Assembly (NCBI RefSeq): GCF_009914755.1
Contig: NC_060935.1
From: the human T2T-CHM13v2.0 reference genome, Homo sapiens
Direction: 5' to 3' (one strand)
DNA: 64,000 bases
Both the position numbers and the translations under genes were made by a program. Each line of letters begins with the position of its first letter. The stretch's first letter is position 1. The notes under the pieces are model-generated. The model was not told the origin of the DNA and did not search any database. It saw only the letters and a program-made list of their open reading frames with translations. Shown piece after piece: positions 14,643 to 29,240 of this stretch.

Positions 14643-14937
14643 TTTTTTTTTTTTGGAGACAGAGTCTTGTTCTATTACCCAGGCTGATGTGTAGTGGCAC
14701 AATCTTGGCTCACTGCAACCTTTGCCTCCTGGGTTCAAGTGATTCTCCTGCCTCGGCCTCCTGAGTAGCTGGAACTATAGGTGCCTACCACCACAACTGG
14801 CTAATTTTTGTACTTTTAGTAGAGACTGGGTTTTACCATGTTGGCCAAGCTGGTCTCAAACTCCTGACCTCAAGCAATCTGCCCACCTCAGACTCCCAAA
14901 GTGCTAGGATTACAGGCATGAGCCACCATGCCTGGCC
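14643..14937 (-). mobile_element. AluSx/Sz
   Basis: TSD ttattctgaat. Confidence 0.9.
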
Positions 14938-16333
14938 TTATTCTGAATTCTTTATCAGACATTTCATAGATCTTCAATGCTTCTGGGTCCACTGCTAGAG
15001 CTTTGTTAGTATTTTTTGGTGGTATTAAATCTCCCTGAGTTTTCACAATCCTTGTGTCTTTTTGTTGATGCCTGCACATTTAAGGAGAGAGCTACCTCTC
15101 CTAGTTTTTACAGGTGTTCTTTCGTGGTGTTAGACCTTTACTTCTTCATATCGGAACTTAAACGCTGGCTTGTCATCGTTTCCCATTCTGCGCAGAACTT
15201 GTAGGGAGCATCAGAACTAAAACTTTACCCCAGAACTATATTGCTGTCCCGTTATTGCTTCCTAATCTAGGAAAAACATAAATGGGCACCAGAACTTAAT
15301 CCCAGCCTTTTAGTTATTTCTAGGTCAGGGGAAGGCTTGATTCAAATGCCTAGGCTTTGTGGAAAATGCAGCTAGGTATTCCAGCCTTTCCATGAACTGT
15401 ACCCCTTGCAGCACTATGGCACTGGCCTGTCTCTTCAACATGGTGTCCCTGCTGATTGGAGAGCTAAAGAGCCACCAAGATCTGCACACCAGTCACTGTG
15501 CTCAGTGCCCCTGTGTGCCCCCAATTCACCCCCAGATGGTACAACCCTCCTGGTGTTCCCCATGGTTCCTATGGAGTGCATCTGGAGTAGGCTTCTCACA
15601 AAGATTCCAGACCAGTGGCAAAAATGAATGTCCACCTCCAATTCCCTCCTATCACCCTATAAGCCATAGGTCTAGAAAAATTCTCTGTGAGTGGCATTAT
15701 GCCAGCTTGGGGAAGGAAGTGGCACAGACTGAAACGACCTTTTCTCTTACCAGTCATGGCTTATCTCGATCCTGTGAGTCTATGGGGTTTCTCAGCTTCT
15801 CCTCCAAGTTCTGGTATATTCAGGGTGGTATTCTTGTTTTTAAACATTTCTAGTTGTATTTTTGTAGGGAGAGTGATGCCAGAGGATCTTCTATTCTGCT
15901 GCTTGGCTGACATCACCTTGCTTTCTGTAACTTTTCTACTTTATAAACTTTTTACATTTTTTTAACTTTTTGCTTCTTTTTAATAACACATAGCTTAAAA
16001 CACAAATACAGGTTCAGCTTTACAAAAATATTTTATCTCTTTATATCCTTATTCTATAAGCTTTTTTCTATTTTTCAGTTCTTTTACTCATTTATTTTTT
16101 TACTTTTTAAACTTTCTTGTTAAAAACTAAGACACATACACACACATTAGTCTAGGTCTACACAGGATAAGGATCATCAATATCACTGTCTTCCTCCTCC
16201 ACATTTTGTTCCTCTGGAAGGTCTTCAGGGGCAATAACAAGCACGGAGCTGTCATCTCCTATGATAAAAATGCCTTCTTCTGGATACCTCCTGAAGGACC
16301 TGCCTGAGGCTGCTTAACAGTTAACTTTTTTTA

Positions 16334-16676
<343 letters not shown>

Positions 16677-16727
<51 letters not shown>

Positions 16728-16790
16728 TGTGTATATATATATGATATATATGATATATATATATCATATATATAAGTAAATATATAAACC
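16677..16790. repeat. Perfect (TA)24 plus degenerate TA flank
   Basis: 16677-16724 uninterrupted TA. Confidence 0.95.
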
Positions 16791-17640
16791 AGTAACATAA
16801 TTGCTTATTATTATCTAGCATTATGTACTTTACATAAGTATATGTCCCACACTTTTATACAACTGGAAGTACAGTAAGTTTGGTTACAATAGCATCACCA
16901 AAAACACCTGAGTGATGTGTTGCCTTACAATGTTACAACACCTACAATGTTGCTAGGCAACAGGAATTCTTTAGCTCCATTATAATCATATGGGACCACC
17001 ACTGTATACGTGATCCATCACTGACCAAAATGTTGTTATACGCTATACGACTGTATATTTTAAGGCTATCAAAATCAAAACAGCATGGTACTAGCATAAA
17101 AATAGACACACTGACCAATGGAACAGGACAGAAATCCCAGAAGCCCACACATTAATAGTCAACTGATGTTTTTTTTTACAAAGGTGCCAAGAACACACAA
17201 TGGGAAATGGACACCCTCTTTAATAAATGGTGCTGGAAAAAATGAACATCCACATGCAGAAGAATGAAACTGCATCTTTATCTCATACCATATATAAAAA
17301 TCAACTCCAAATGGATTAAAGACTTAAATATAAGACCCGAAACTATAAAGCTACTAGAAGAAAACACAGAGGTTAAGCTCCATGACATTAGACTAGGCAA
17401 TGATTTTTTGGATATGACCCCAAAGACACAGACAAAAACAGACAAGTGGGATGGCATCCACCTAAAAAGCTTCTGCAGAGCAAAGGAAACAGATTAACAA
17501 AGTGAAGGGACAACTCACAGAGTAGGAGAAAATATTTACAAACCATATATCTGAAAAGGGATTAATATCCAAAATATGTAAGGAACTCAAACAACTCAAT
17601 AGCAAGAAAACAAATAACCTGATCAAAAAATGAGTGAATT

Positions 17641-17995
<355 letters not shown>

Positions 17996-18515
17996 TCATG
18001 AAAACAATGTTCAATATCACTAATTATCAGATAAATGCAAATTAAAAATACTATGAGATGATATCACCTCATACCTGTTAGAATGGCTGTTATCAAAAAG
18101 ATGAAAGATAAGTGTTAGTGAGGATGCAGAGAAAGGGAATACTTGTACACTGTTAGTGGGGATGTAAATTAGTACAGCTATTATAAAAAACGGTATGGAG
18201 ATTCCTCAAAAAAACTAAAAACATCACTACTATATGATTCAGCAATCTCACTGCTGCGTACATACCCAAAGGAACCAAAATCCATATGTCAGAAGGAGAT
18301 CTGCACTGCCATGTTCACTGCAACACTACTCACAATAGCCAAGATGTGGAAACAACCTTGGTGCCCATCAACAGATGAATGGATAAAAAATGTGATATAT
18401 ATACACAATGGAATACTATTCAGCCTTTTTTAGAAGGAAATCCTGTCATTTGCAACAATGTGGATAAGCCTGGGGGACATTATGTTAACTGAAATGAGCC
18501 AAGCACAGAAAGACA

Positions 18516-18657
18516 GAGGACCTCTCTCTCATAGGGCTGTAGGGGATCTTTTTTCTCTTCAGCCAGGGTTGGAGGCCAAGATGGCCCTTGAGAATCATCA
18601 TCATGACTGCTGAGAGCTGGGCAGCCTTGTTTACCTCCCTTGGGCATTTGAAAAAAA
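18516..18657 (+). pseudogene. Retroposed small-RNA copy with H/ACA-like two-hairpin fold
   Basis: 135-nt unique insert, A tail, TSD aaagaca (18509-18515 and 18658-18664) within L1 3'UTR; two hairpins; degenerate H and ACA boxes. Confidence 0.5.
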
Positions 18658-18884
18658 AAAGACAAATACCACACCATCTTACTTGTATATAGAATCTAAA
18701 AGAGTCAAACTCATAGAAGTAGAGTGTAGAATGATGATTACCAGAGGCTGAGGGGAATAGGAGGGAAGGAATGGAAAGCTGCTGGTCAAAGGGTAGACAA
18801 GAGGAATGTTTTGAGATCTATTGCACAGCAGGGTGACTATAGTCAGTAATAGCATATTGCACGTTTAAAAATAATTAAGAAACT

Positions 18885-19253
<369 letters not shown>

Positions 19254-20009
19254 TTAATTAGCTTGATTTAATCACTCCATGCTGTGTGCATGTATCAAAA
19301 CATCACATTCTACTCCATAAATGTATACAATTATGATGTCAATTAAAAATAATAAGTTTTTTAAAAACAAGAAGGGAAAAGTACCTAAAAAACAGTAAAA
19401 ATAAAAATGCCATAAGAAGTCAGAAGAAAAAGAAGTAACTTCCAGCTAGGGTGATCAGAGAAGACACCAAGATCAAATGTTAACATCTGAAATGGGCCTG
19501 GATTTGGGCAGTCTAAGAAGGAGGTGAACAGATTGTAAGGCAAGAGAAGCAATGTAAGTGAAGGTGGGCACATAAGAAAGCACCCACGATCATCCAGAAG
19601 TTCTGTTGGCCAAGAGAGTACCTCAGAAATAGGAGTAAAGTTGAAGTAGAATATTGAGACTAGGGCCAGTTGGGGAGGGCCTGACCATAAGGCTAAGAAG
19701 TCTGGATTTTATCGGGTAATTGGGGAGCTGGTAAAGATTTCTGAGCAGAAAAAAGCGTCATCAAAGTTGTGCTTTAGAAAGATCAATCTAGCAGTAATTG
19801 AAGTAACTGAACATCAATCAAATGCAGATGATATAGCACAGTGAGTATAATGTAAGCCTGCAGGAATTCAGGAATTCATTTATAAAAATGTAATTTATAT
19901 GCATCTTTTCAGTAACACAGCTCTATAAACTGTCTTGCTCATAGACTAGTACCTAATTATATAAGCATCTAAAAAGGTCATAAGTACTATAAAATGATAT
20001 CACAAAACC

Positions 20010-20362
20010 TCTTGCCTCTGCCTGGAAATCCTTCCACCCCCTTTCCCTTCCAGTAAACTCCTTATCCTGTAGACTTCAGTTTAAATGTCACTTCTTCAGA
20101 AAGGCCTTTTTTAAATCACTTATCCAAATTGGGTCCCCTTGTTTTTCTCTTTCAAAGGAACTTGTACACTTTCTTCATAGCACTTATCACAGTTTATAAG
20201 TATATATTTTGGTCACTAATTAATTAAAGTCTATTTCCCCCACTAGACTGTGAGGGGAAAGACTGTATTTTTGCTCATCATTATATTCTCCAGAGCCTAA
20301 AATGATGTAACACATATTAGGCACCTAACAAATATTTGTTCTATGAAGAATGAATGAATGAA
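20010..20362 (+). mobile_element. L2 3' end
   Basis: aaatgtcacttcttcagaaaggcctt...gaatgaatgaatgaa. Confidence 0.8.
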
Positions 20363-20425
20363 GAAGAGAAGAACAGATTTTAGGGTCACCATAGTAATGC
20401 CCCTCTTTGCTAGATGCACTTGCTA

Positions 20426-20974
<549 letters not shown>

Positions 20975-21413
20975 TTAAATTTCAACTTAAAGCTGAATTC
21001 TTACGTGCCAAAATCAGAATAAAAACCTGTACTTACACAAGGAAAACCTTAAAGCAAATACTCAAGTCAAAATATACATTCTTATCTCTCATAATTTTAC
21101 AGAAATAATTCCTAGTGCAACTACTAAGTGAACTAGAATAAGGAACGGAACCTGGACACAAGAAAGCATTATAAGTCAGATGTAAAGAAGGCAATTATAG
21201 ACTTGTAACTCCTTTATTCACGTATATCATGTTAGAACCTCAAAAAGGAAATTCAGCATTCAATGAAAGATTTTTACTTCAACCTATATCATCACTGGAG
21301 TAGAAAAAAACCCTCAAAAAAGATAACTAAGCTTTGAAAAAAAAAAAGTAATTCACTTCCAAATAATAAATACTTGGTTTTCAATCACATGCTGTTTATA
21401 CCTATGTACTTAC

Positions 21414-21694
21414 TTCATGCCACAAACTTGGTGCAAGGCTTTCTTCATATAATAATAAACATGGACGATTAGCAATGTAATGAACCTTAAGTCACAGAAG
21501 TCTAGAGAAGTCCAAAGGAGTTCAACATGAGGCATTTGGGACCTTATCTCAAGATGCAGCCCTTCACAAAAATTTAACTTAGAAAAATCACTCAATTCAC
21601 TAGGACACATGAAGCCCTAACCAACTGCCAACAAGGAACTAGAGAAGTTGGTTTAAAATCAGAAATGTTGAGCTAACTTGGTACAATGGATTAC
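21414..21694 (-). other. Candidate exon 2 (281 nt, leader exon with six ATGs)
   Basis: Strong acceptor cttatttttcctttttttgcag|G and donor GAA|GTAAGT; unique sequence; 66-codon ORF runs into the donor. Confidence 0.7.
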
Positions 21695-21830
21695 CTGCAA
21701 AAAAAGGAAAAATAAGATTTCCATCATTCATTTGTTTGCAGGGAGCTGTTTAACTATTGCAAATCAGATGCACTACATAAACTTAAAATGAAAAGGAAAA
21801 AAGACCAGCATAAATTTGTTCAAAGAGATA

Positions 21831-22435
21831 TAGTCAGTTTCACTATAAGGAAATACCTACATTCCTAAAAATCACTACACTATGCAAAAATGGCACAAAC
21901 AAGGACTTACGGGGGAAATGTAGCTAGGGACACAAAACTCCAAATCTTTGTCAGTGATACACACACACACACACGAAACCTAATAAAAAATCATAGCATT
22001 TTTGTATATGTTAAATGGTTAGGAAACATAAATATATGGCACCTTACCTTGAAAAAAACCTGAAGTTTACTTATAGATATAGGCATTTGAAAGACTGTAG
22101 TTTTTGAATTAATCAAGGGTGCCAGAAAGAAGGTTATCTGAAATCAGAAGGAAAGGTGTGACACCAGATGCGGGTGGGTGTGGCTCATAACTTGTGGTGA
22201 ACTGAGGTAGCTGGTAGATATTCCAGGTATGTACATGTGTCCGTTTTGTGTGTTCCTGCTGGGCTCGGTTCAACTATGTGCTGTATTCTGTGTTCACCTG
22301 GTGTTTCTTGCTGACAAAAATCATGGATAACACAAACATGAAATTCACTTATGCTCAAATCGCTTCCTAATATATCAATGGCATTGCAGCAAATTCACGT
22401 TTTCAAAACAAGTGTTAATATAGCACAACTGGCTG
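21831..22435 (+). mobile_element. Tigger13a-like DNA transposon
   Basis: Termini tagtcagtttcactataa...tatagcacaactggctg; body cattcctaaaaatcactacactatgcaaaa. Confidence 0.7.
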
Positions 22436-23299
22436 TGCGGGTATTCAAATTCAAAAAGCTAATGCCAACTGGATACTGCACTCATTTCCCATTCCTCAAA
22501 ATGTCTTGAGCCCAATGAAATCACAAGATTTTGAAGAATCACAGACTCTCTAATAGAAAACAGCCACAATTTCTAAATAGATTGGTATAATTCACATGGC
22601 CAAACCCTAGAAAATGTAGGGGTCCACTTGCCTCCATGAAACTACAACCTCCTTCATAAAATTGCTGCCTCTAAAGCAACAAAACATAAATAGCACTGGT
22701 AAATACAGCATTTGATCAAATCTAGTTTTTGCTCAGGAATACAGGATCTTCTCCTGTCATCATGAGCATTATCACTAATATACCTTCTCACATATCCCCA
22801 ACACCTTCAGCAGCCATATTATGACAACCAAAGCACAAAGCCAACAAAATGGCATAGCCAAGTTCACAAACCTTAGCATTTTTTCCTGCCCCTCATGCTA
22901 GTTTCTAGGTTGGTGGCATGACAATCATGTAATAAAAACAGTGTTCACTAACAGACTTCATTTCATCTGGTTTTAATTAAGAAAATATAACCTCTAGGAG
23001 AAATGTCTGAACCGCTATTTTTAGCATTTATCAAGTATTATCTGTTCCACAAGCTAAGCTCAGTTTAGTACGTCATGCAAAGTAGGAGCTTCCTAAATCT
23101 TTGTTGAACAAACATTAGTTGAACCTACTTGATTTGTTTTACTATTCTACCCCATAATTTTATTCCCAGAATATTAAATTCTATTTTCAAAAGCAACATA
23201 GTCACTACCGGTTAAAATATTTTTGTTTGCTTTTAATTACTATAAAATCAGAAAATAATTGCTGTAATAAAAACTGAAAGAGTCCAGAGGGTATAAAAT

Positions 23300-25250
23300 G
23301 AAAATAAGAGTCCAGAGCATCTCCATTCTCCATCTCACAGATAATCATTTCCAATGGTTCTGTGTAACATTCTAGAAATTTTCTTTGCATATACACAGCC
23401 TAAGTATAAATCACATATGGTTGTAAATAAGCTCATACTATACCTATTCTCAGTAACTTACCCTTTTTCTAAATATTATAGCCTAACCATTTTTTCATTA
23501 TCCATATATATATTTACACCTCTTTTGTTTTAATGGCTATATAATATTCCAATATATATAAGCATTCTAAATTATTTAACAAGTCCATATCAATAGTCAA
23601 GTAAATTGCTTCCAAATGGTTTCTATTACAAATGATGCTATATGCAATAACCTTTTACATATATCTTTGTATACTAAGATGAATATATTTGTAGAATACA
23701 CTCTTAGCAGTAGCACTGCAGAGATAAATGTGTGAGCATTTATTATTTTGATAAATGTCAGACTGCCCTCAAGAAAGGATATGAGAGTGCATTTTACCAC
23801 ATTCTGTCATTAGATATTTTTGAACTTTTTCATCTTTCTCAATTTGATAAATGAAAAATAGCATCTTATTTTAATTTCTACCTCCTTAATTATAAATGAG
23901 GCTAAGTATTTTTTCAAATTTTTTTTCTGTAAAATATCTGTTCATACTGATTTTTTCTCATCTTTTTCTTGTTGACTTATCAGTGATCCCTAAATATTAA
24001 TGATATCAATCCTCCTTCTGTCAAACATATTGCAATTATTCTCCCCCACTTGGGTATTTGTTCATTGATTCTTATCATGGTGATTTTGTCATGTAAAAGC
24101 TTTTAGTTTTTATGAAATCAAATAATTAATCTTTTCTTTTGTGGTCACTAGGTTGAGAGTTATGCTTAGAAAGGCCTTCTCTGCCCCAAGATTATAAAAT
24201 TATCTGCCCATGTTTTTGCCTTAAAATAATAATAAACAATTGGTAATTTTTACTGAATGCTTACTTCAGGCCAGGCACTGTTCTAAGTACCTGACACACA
24301 TTATTGTATTTAATCTTCACAACAACCCTAGTAGGTTAGTAGTATCATTACCTCCAAGACACAGATGAAGATTCTACAGCTACTTATGAGAATTAAACTC
24401 ATCTGAGAATGCATAGCTGCTATGTGGCAGTGCCTAGATTTCAACTGAGACTAGCAGATTCATCAACTACAGGCTGTTATCTACTGACTCTCTCTCCACG
24501 AAGATAAATGGGAGTTCAAACTCTTTTACAAACCTCTACCTATTCTCCCTTCCCCTCTTTATATCTGTTACATAAATCCTTTATTCAACATTAATTTTAG
24601 AGCCTTTACATTTTCTTCTGTTTTCATACAACGCAGTTATTCAGACTTTACTTGGTCTATTTTTAAATAGATTCCATATGCCCTGTCAACCCCTTCCTAT
24701 CTCTGCTTCTTCATTCCCAAGTTCTTTTTATTTATCACTTAGATGATTAATTTTACTCATGAGGCATTTCTTCAGGGACTAGGTCCTTGAATGTTTGAGA
24801 ATATTGGTTGTTATCTTTATGCATAAATAAGAGCTTGACCAGGTATTAAATCTGTGGGTCACACTATTCCCTGCCTACGCACATTCCACCAAAACTCAGA
24901 CACTGTTCAACTGCCTCCTGGCTTTGGCTATTACCATGATGTCAGAAGCCAGTCTCATTTTCCCCCTTTCGGTGACTTGCTTTTCCTGTCTGGATGCTTG
25001 GCGATTCTTTTTTTTAATCTTGAAGCACAAGTAACTTTACTGTTACATACTTATTTGATATTGATCATCCTGTTTCAGTTCTTTTAGAATTCTGTGTTCT
25101 TTGAATCTGCAGATTACTAATCCGTTTAATCTCTGGTGGTCTTTTCCCCATGATATATTTGAAATTATTGTCCATTCGTTCTACTCTCTATCAGGCACAC
25201 CAATAACACATATGTTGGATCTTCTCTGCCTGTATTATCTACATATCATA
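23300..25250 (-). mobile_element. Degenerate L1ME fragments (with MIR at ~24225-24470)
   Basis: Antisense old-L1 motifs (atgcttagaaaggccttctctgccccaagattata); MIR core. Confidence 0.6.
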
Positions 25251-26312
25251 CAGAATTCCTAGTTGAAAGCCTATGGCATAAGCCTAACTTGAAATAGTTT
25301 AGATAAAAAGAATTTATCAGAAAGACAATGCAGTACCTCATATAACTTTAGGAAATGTATAAAGTGTAACTGAGCCTGAGGGATAACTGGAACCACAGAC
25401 TTGAACGCCACCAGGACTGCTTATCTCAACTAGGGCTATTTTTCTTTTGTCTCTTATTTCTGCTTCAATGTGTTGGCTTGGCTGTCAGTATCATAGACAG
25501 ACCAATTTCTCCCACAAGGCACAGAACATGGCTGCCAACAGCTATAAAGCCTCACATCCTATGACTGACCACCAGAGAGGGATTGCCTTGCTTTCCTTAA
25601 CTCCAATTTCTAAAAATTCTATGTTCCCCTTCAATTTCTTTAAGTGAATACAGATGTATTTTTCAAGAATTTGTTTACTAAAATAATTCTTAATCTGAAA
25701 TGTACTTCATTCTGCATGCTTAGAGTAAAGCAGTTAACTAGCTTTGGTTTGCTAATTTATTAGTTATTCATTTATGTTCATTTGATTCAGTTAACTGCTA
25801 CATAGCTCATTGTCATTTCTTCTTTCTTCCTCTCCACTTCACTGCAGGTTAGAAATCAAAAGATACTGTCCTCTTGTCTCTCTCTCCTCTCTCTCTCTCT
25901 TTCTTTCTCTCTGTCTCCATTTTGAGATATTGCACTGGCTTCCTTGGGGATTTTCCAGGTTTTCCCATGGCGTGTCCCAACACGAAAACCTTACAGGATG
26001 GGATACTCATGGCCCCCCACTTTCAGTGAAATCTGCACTCTGTTTACAGTCTAAACAGGTGTATAACAGAATTTAGCATCCCCTTTGATTTCATCCATAT
26101 TTCATTATACTCTTAGATTCTAGTCCATAGCTAGGAACTGAGCCATTTCCTAGTTTCACAGATTTTTTTTTTGTTTGCTTTTCATTCTATTTGTTGATTC
26201 TCAATTAGTTTCATGATAAGGAATATGGTTAGTATGGCTTTACTTTTCTGAATATCTTCTGCATTCTTAGAAGTAATAGTTACTATTACAATTCTACTTT
26301 GGAAAACTTAAA

Positions 26313-26450
26313 GTTCATTCATTCATCAAATATGCATAGGATATTAACTATCTGCAAGGCACTTTGGGAGGCACTGAAGATACAGCAATGAAGAAGACAG
26401 AAATAGTTCCTACCCTCTTGGAGCTTACATTATAGTGGGGAAAACAGACT
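26313..26450 (-). mobile_element. L2 3' fragment
   Basis: ttcattcattcatcaaatat...cctaccctcttggagcttacatt. Confidence 0.75.
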
Positions 26451-28999
26451 ATTACTATTTTTAAAAATCACAAGAATAGCAGATCAATAAGTAAGTAAAG
26501 GGGTAGCTGTTTAAGCAGAGATTAGAGTCCCCAAGTGTTATGGATTAGATTATTCTAGCTAAAGAATCTCTGAGTTGCTTCTCAGTTCAAGGAGAGGCAA
26601 AAGTCTCCTTGAAGCTCACTTTATTTTGTGAAGAGTCACTTAAGTCGCCTCCCATAGTGACAGATTGCAAAAATGAGTAAGTACCCTGTATCTGGGTAAG
26701 TAGGGCCTTCCTTGGGCATACAACCTAGAAATAACTATCTTTTTTCTTGGGATACCCATAGGCCTTCTGGGAGTGTTCCTTGGGATTCAAAGTTAGCTGT
26801 TGGAGTAAACCTAACATTGCCCTGACCAAAATCTTCTGGCAAGAAGGGATACAAATGGCACCAAAAGAATACTCACTAGGCAGGAGCTGTCTGGGTTGGT
26901 GTCCCAAGCTCAATCCAGCCCAGGGGATCATGAGGAAGGGTGACTCTAACCCAGCCTATAACCACCATGACACAAAATTATGCTTTGAGAAACAATGACT
27001 AAGTGTATGAACGTAAGTCTGTAGGTATATGAATGTAAAATATAACTTCTACATCTTGGGCAGGTCATCATAAATAATCAGTCCCTTTGGGCTGTGCAGG
27101 ACCATTCTTCAATAGCAACAGTCTTTATCAGCAACAGCTATATTGTACTTTTCAGATTTCAAGTTCACCCTCCACATGGTACATGAGACTAACCCTTTGG
27201 AACCCCCAGTTCTTACATAATACACAAAGTGAAGGAAGAGTCCTCAAGAGTGAGAACTGAATTTCCTGGTAATAAAAACACCTGGAAAATAATGTCACTA
27301 ACTTAATAATTACAAGAGGTATGACTATATTGGGATTTCCCAGAAAGAGTAACACAAGCAGTGACCTGAAGGACAGCAATCAGTTAGCCAGGGAAAGTGA
27401 GGAATGCATTCCAAAAAGAGGAGCCAGGAAGAAACCTGGCAGATTTGAGGAAATTAAAAGGGACCAGTATGGCTGAACTGTGGGGAAAAAAAAGAGCTAC
27501 ATTGCTGTCAGTCAAAGATGGTGAGGTAGACAAGGAGCAATATCTATAGGGCCTCATAAGGTATGTTAAAGATCTGAGGCTCTATCCTACAAGCATGCAA
27601 ATAAACACTTTTTCAGTAGCGGAGTGGCATAATCAGATTTTTATTTGTAAAATATGACTTTAGGGGCAGGATGTAAGAGAATCAAGAGTGGAAAGTAGCA
27701 GGCAGGCCAGCTGGAAAGCTATCTGAAGAAGATGGATGCTAACAGGTGGAAGTAAGTATATAGATTTGGTTGTAGGGAATTTAGGAAATTCCCATCAAAT
27801 GGCTTCCTTCTCTATGAAATAGCAAATAGAAGAGACAGATGACTTTGGGCATTGATGGATTAAAAACAGAGATGAATAAATTTAATCCCAAAGCCTTATG
27901 GAAGAAAGCAGGCACTCTGGCCTTACGCAATTCTGCTGAGCCTGCTCTGCTGAGAAGAGTTTGCCCCTTGTGAATCTGGTGTTACTTTATACTGCTAGGT
28001 TAAGAATTCTGTATTATTTTGTCAAAATAAATCAAAGTTTCACCCAAGAGATAAAAAGATATAGAAAGAGAACTTTCCATTTGCTTGCCCTTGTATAGCA
28101 TGTGAATGTACTCTTCCTAAGTATCACCTTCAAGCAACTTCAGAAGAAAAGACTGAAGGAACTTGGGAAATACTTTTTGCAGTTAACCACAGATGGACCC
28201 TGGCTAAACCACAAAAAAGAGGGCCTTATTAAAAGCATTCTTAGCTGATGGACCTTTCACCATTAACCTGTCACTTAGGTCAAAAAACAAAAGATAAATG
28301 CTATTCCCCAGGTCTAGCGCCACCATCAACATGGAGGAAATGATGAAAGTCCCAGATTACAGGGGAAATTCAACAACCGGTGCCTTTAGGAGAAGAAAGC
28401 TGACATTCTGTCCTCATCCCTTCAAAAACATATCCTAAGCAGAAAGAGATCTAGGATCAAAGCTATCTTTAAAGGACTAAAAGGTCTCAGAAGCACTGCT
28501 GCCTGCAGGTGTAAAAATAAAGTGACAAAAGTACACTGACAGACCAAATTAGTGATCCCTAAACTTCCTTTTAGGTTTGCCCACTACTCTTCCTATTATG
28601 ACTCTAGAAAGCCCTTGAGAGGGCATCTCCGGGAGTGTCATTTATGAGAAACCAAGCCAACAGAGAGAACACCTAGTAAGATAATTAGTGGATTTTAGAA
28701 AAGAGGAAAAAAAAATAACAAAGTAGTGAAAGTACAGGAGATGGATTCGCCACCATCTAATCAGCGCTACATGAAGGATATAGGTTTTTCACCATGATTT
28801 ATAGTCAAAGGTTAAAAAACTTCACATTTTTAACAAAAATACCAACCCCCATCTCCCTGGAAGTTGTAACTCTCTGCTTTTGTTGTAATTGGGGTTTACC
28901 CATGGGGTTAATTTCCCATTGGATATAAGCCTATGGCCATCTCTACATTGCAGGCAGCATAAAACTGGGGCAAAAAAAGAAATACCTTCTGCATCCGAT

Positions 29000-29240
29000 A
29001 ACAGAGTTTCACAGCCGGAGTCATAAGCCCCGAGTTCAAATATCAGTTCTGCCATTTACAAGTTCTACGACTGAAGGCAAGTTATTGAAACTCATTCAGC
29101 CTCAGTCATCTTGTCTGTGAAAAGGGATTAGAACCTACCTCACAAGATTATGATAAGGAGAAAAAGAGATAATGTACATAAAGCTCTTAGCACAGTGCCT
29201 GGCACATAAATAAGTACACAGTAAGGGATAGGTACCATTA
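29000..29240 (+). mobile_element. MIR
   Basis: ggcaagttattgaa...cctcagt...cttagcacagtgcctggcacat. Confidence 0.8.

Noticed and set aside
15359-15853. 164-aa plus-strand ORF
   Set aside because: Lies antisense in the decayed L1M 5'UTR; GTG start; no domain recognised.
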